Assembly: GCA_965203295.1 (NCBI GenBank) | Contig: CBDBCZ010000017.1 | Coordinates: forward strand, 1,088,001-1,152,000 | Length of the DNA stretch: 64,000 bases | DNA from: Nitrospirales bacterium | GTDB taxonomy: Bacteria; Nitrospirota; Nitrospiria; Nitrospirales; UBA8639 | Reading direction: 5' to 3' | Part shown: positions 63,882 to 64,000 of the stretch, in pieces | Numbering within the stretch: position 1 is the stretch's first letter | Layout: each line of letters opens with the position of its first letter | The notes under the pieces: model-generated | What the model was told of the DNA's origin: nothing | Databases searched by the model: none | Seen by the model: only the letters and a program-made list of their open reading frames with translations | Program-made: the position numbers and the translations under genes

Positions 63882-64000
63882 TGGTACATGCATGTTACCA
63901 TACAGACAGATTTTTCTGAGCTTTATATCTCGCTGAACATAGGCACACAAGCCATCATATTTAGGCCAAACCCTCTACCCCACCCATGTACCAAGTAGGT
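63882..64000 (+). repeat. Dispersed repeat, copy of 1578-1692
   Basis: GACAGATTTTTCTGAGCTTTATATCTCGCTGAAC...CACAAGCCATCATATTTAGGCCA...TACCAAGTAGGT shared. Confidence 0.85.

Overview
Intron-rich, repeat-rich eukaryotic (animal) DNA. The repeat landscape suggests a demosponge, but that is inference only. I reconstructed spliced genes by hand from GT-AG sites and reading frames. Left part: the first coding (signal-peptide) exon of a minus-strand gene, lying head-to-head with a 5-exon ODF3/CIMAP1 (SHIPPO-repeat) gene at 9997-15955. Next is a 1.9 kb TTAA-flanked Kolobok-like element that hides an intact 4-exon, 131-aa KolX-like gene. The dominant feature (19057-59277) is a tandem array of six intact 7-exon paralogues, four on the minus strand and two on the plus strand, with the two groups divergent across only 220 bp. 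Each encodes a signal peptide, two tandem NTF2-like (SnoaL/DUF4440/YybH-type) domains and a C-terminal SHDEL ER-retention signal, so this looks like an expanded family of ER-lumenal double-NTF2 proteins. A complete 2.1 kb hAT transposon (16-bp TIRs, 8-bp TSD, intact 608-aa transposase) sits in the last intron of the sixth copy. The rest is MITEs, SINEs, LINE/Helitron remnants, mini- and microsatellites, and a perfect 180-bp inverted repeat around a G-depleted spacer near the right end.
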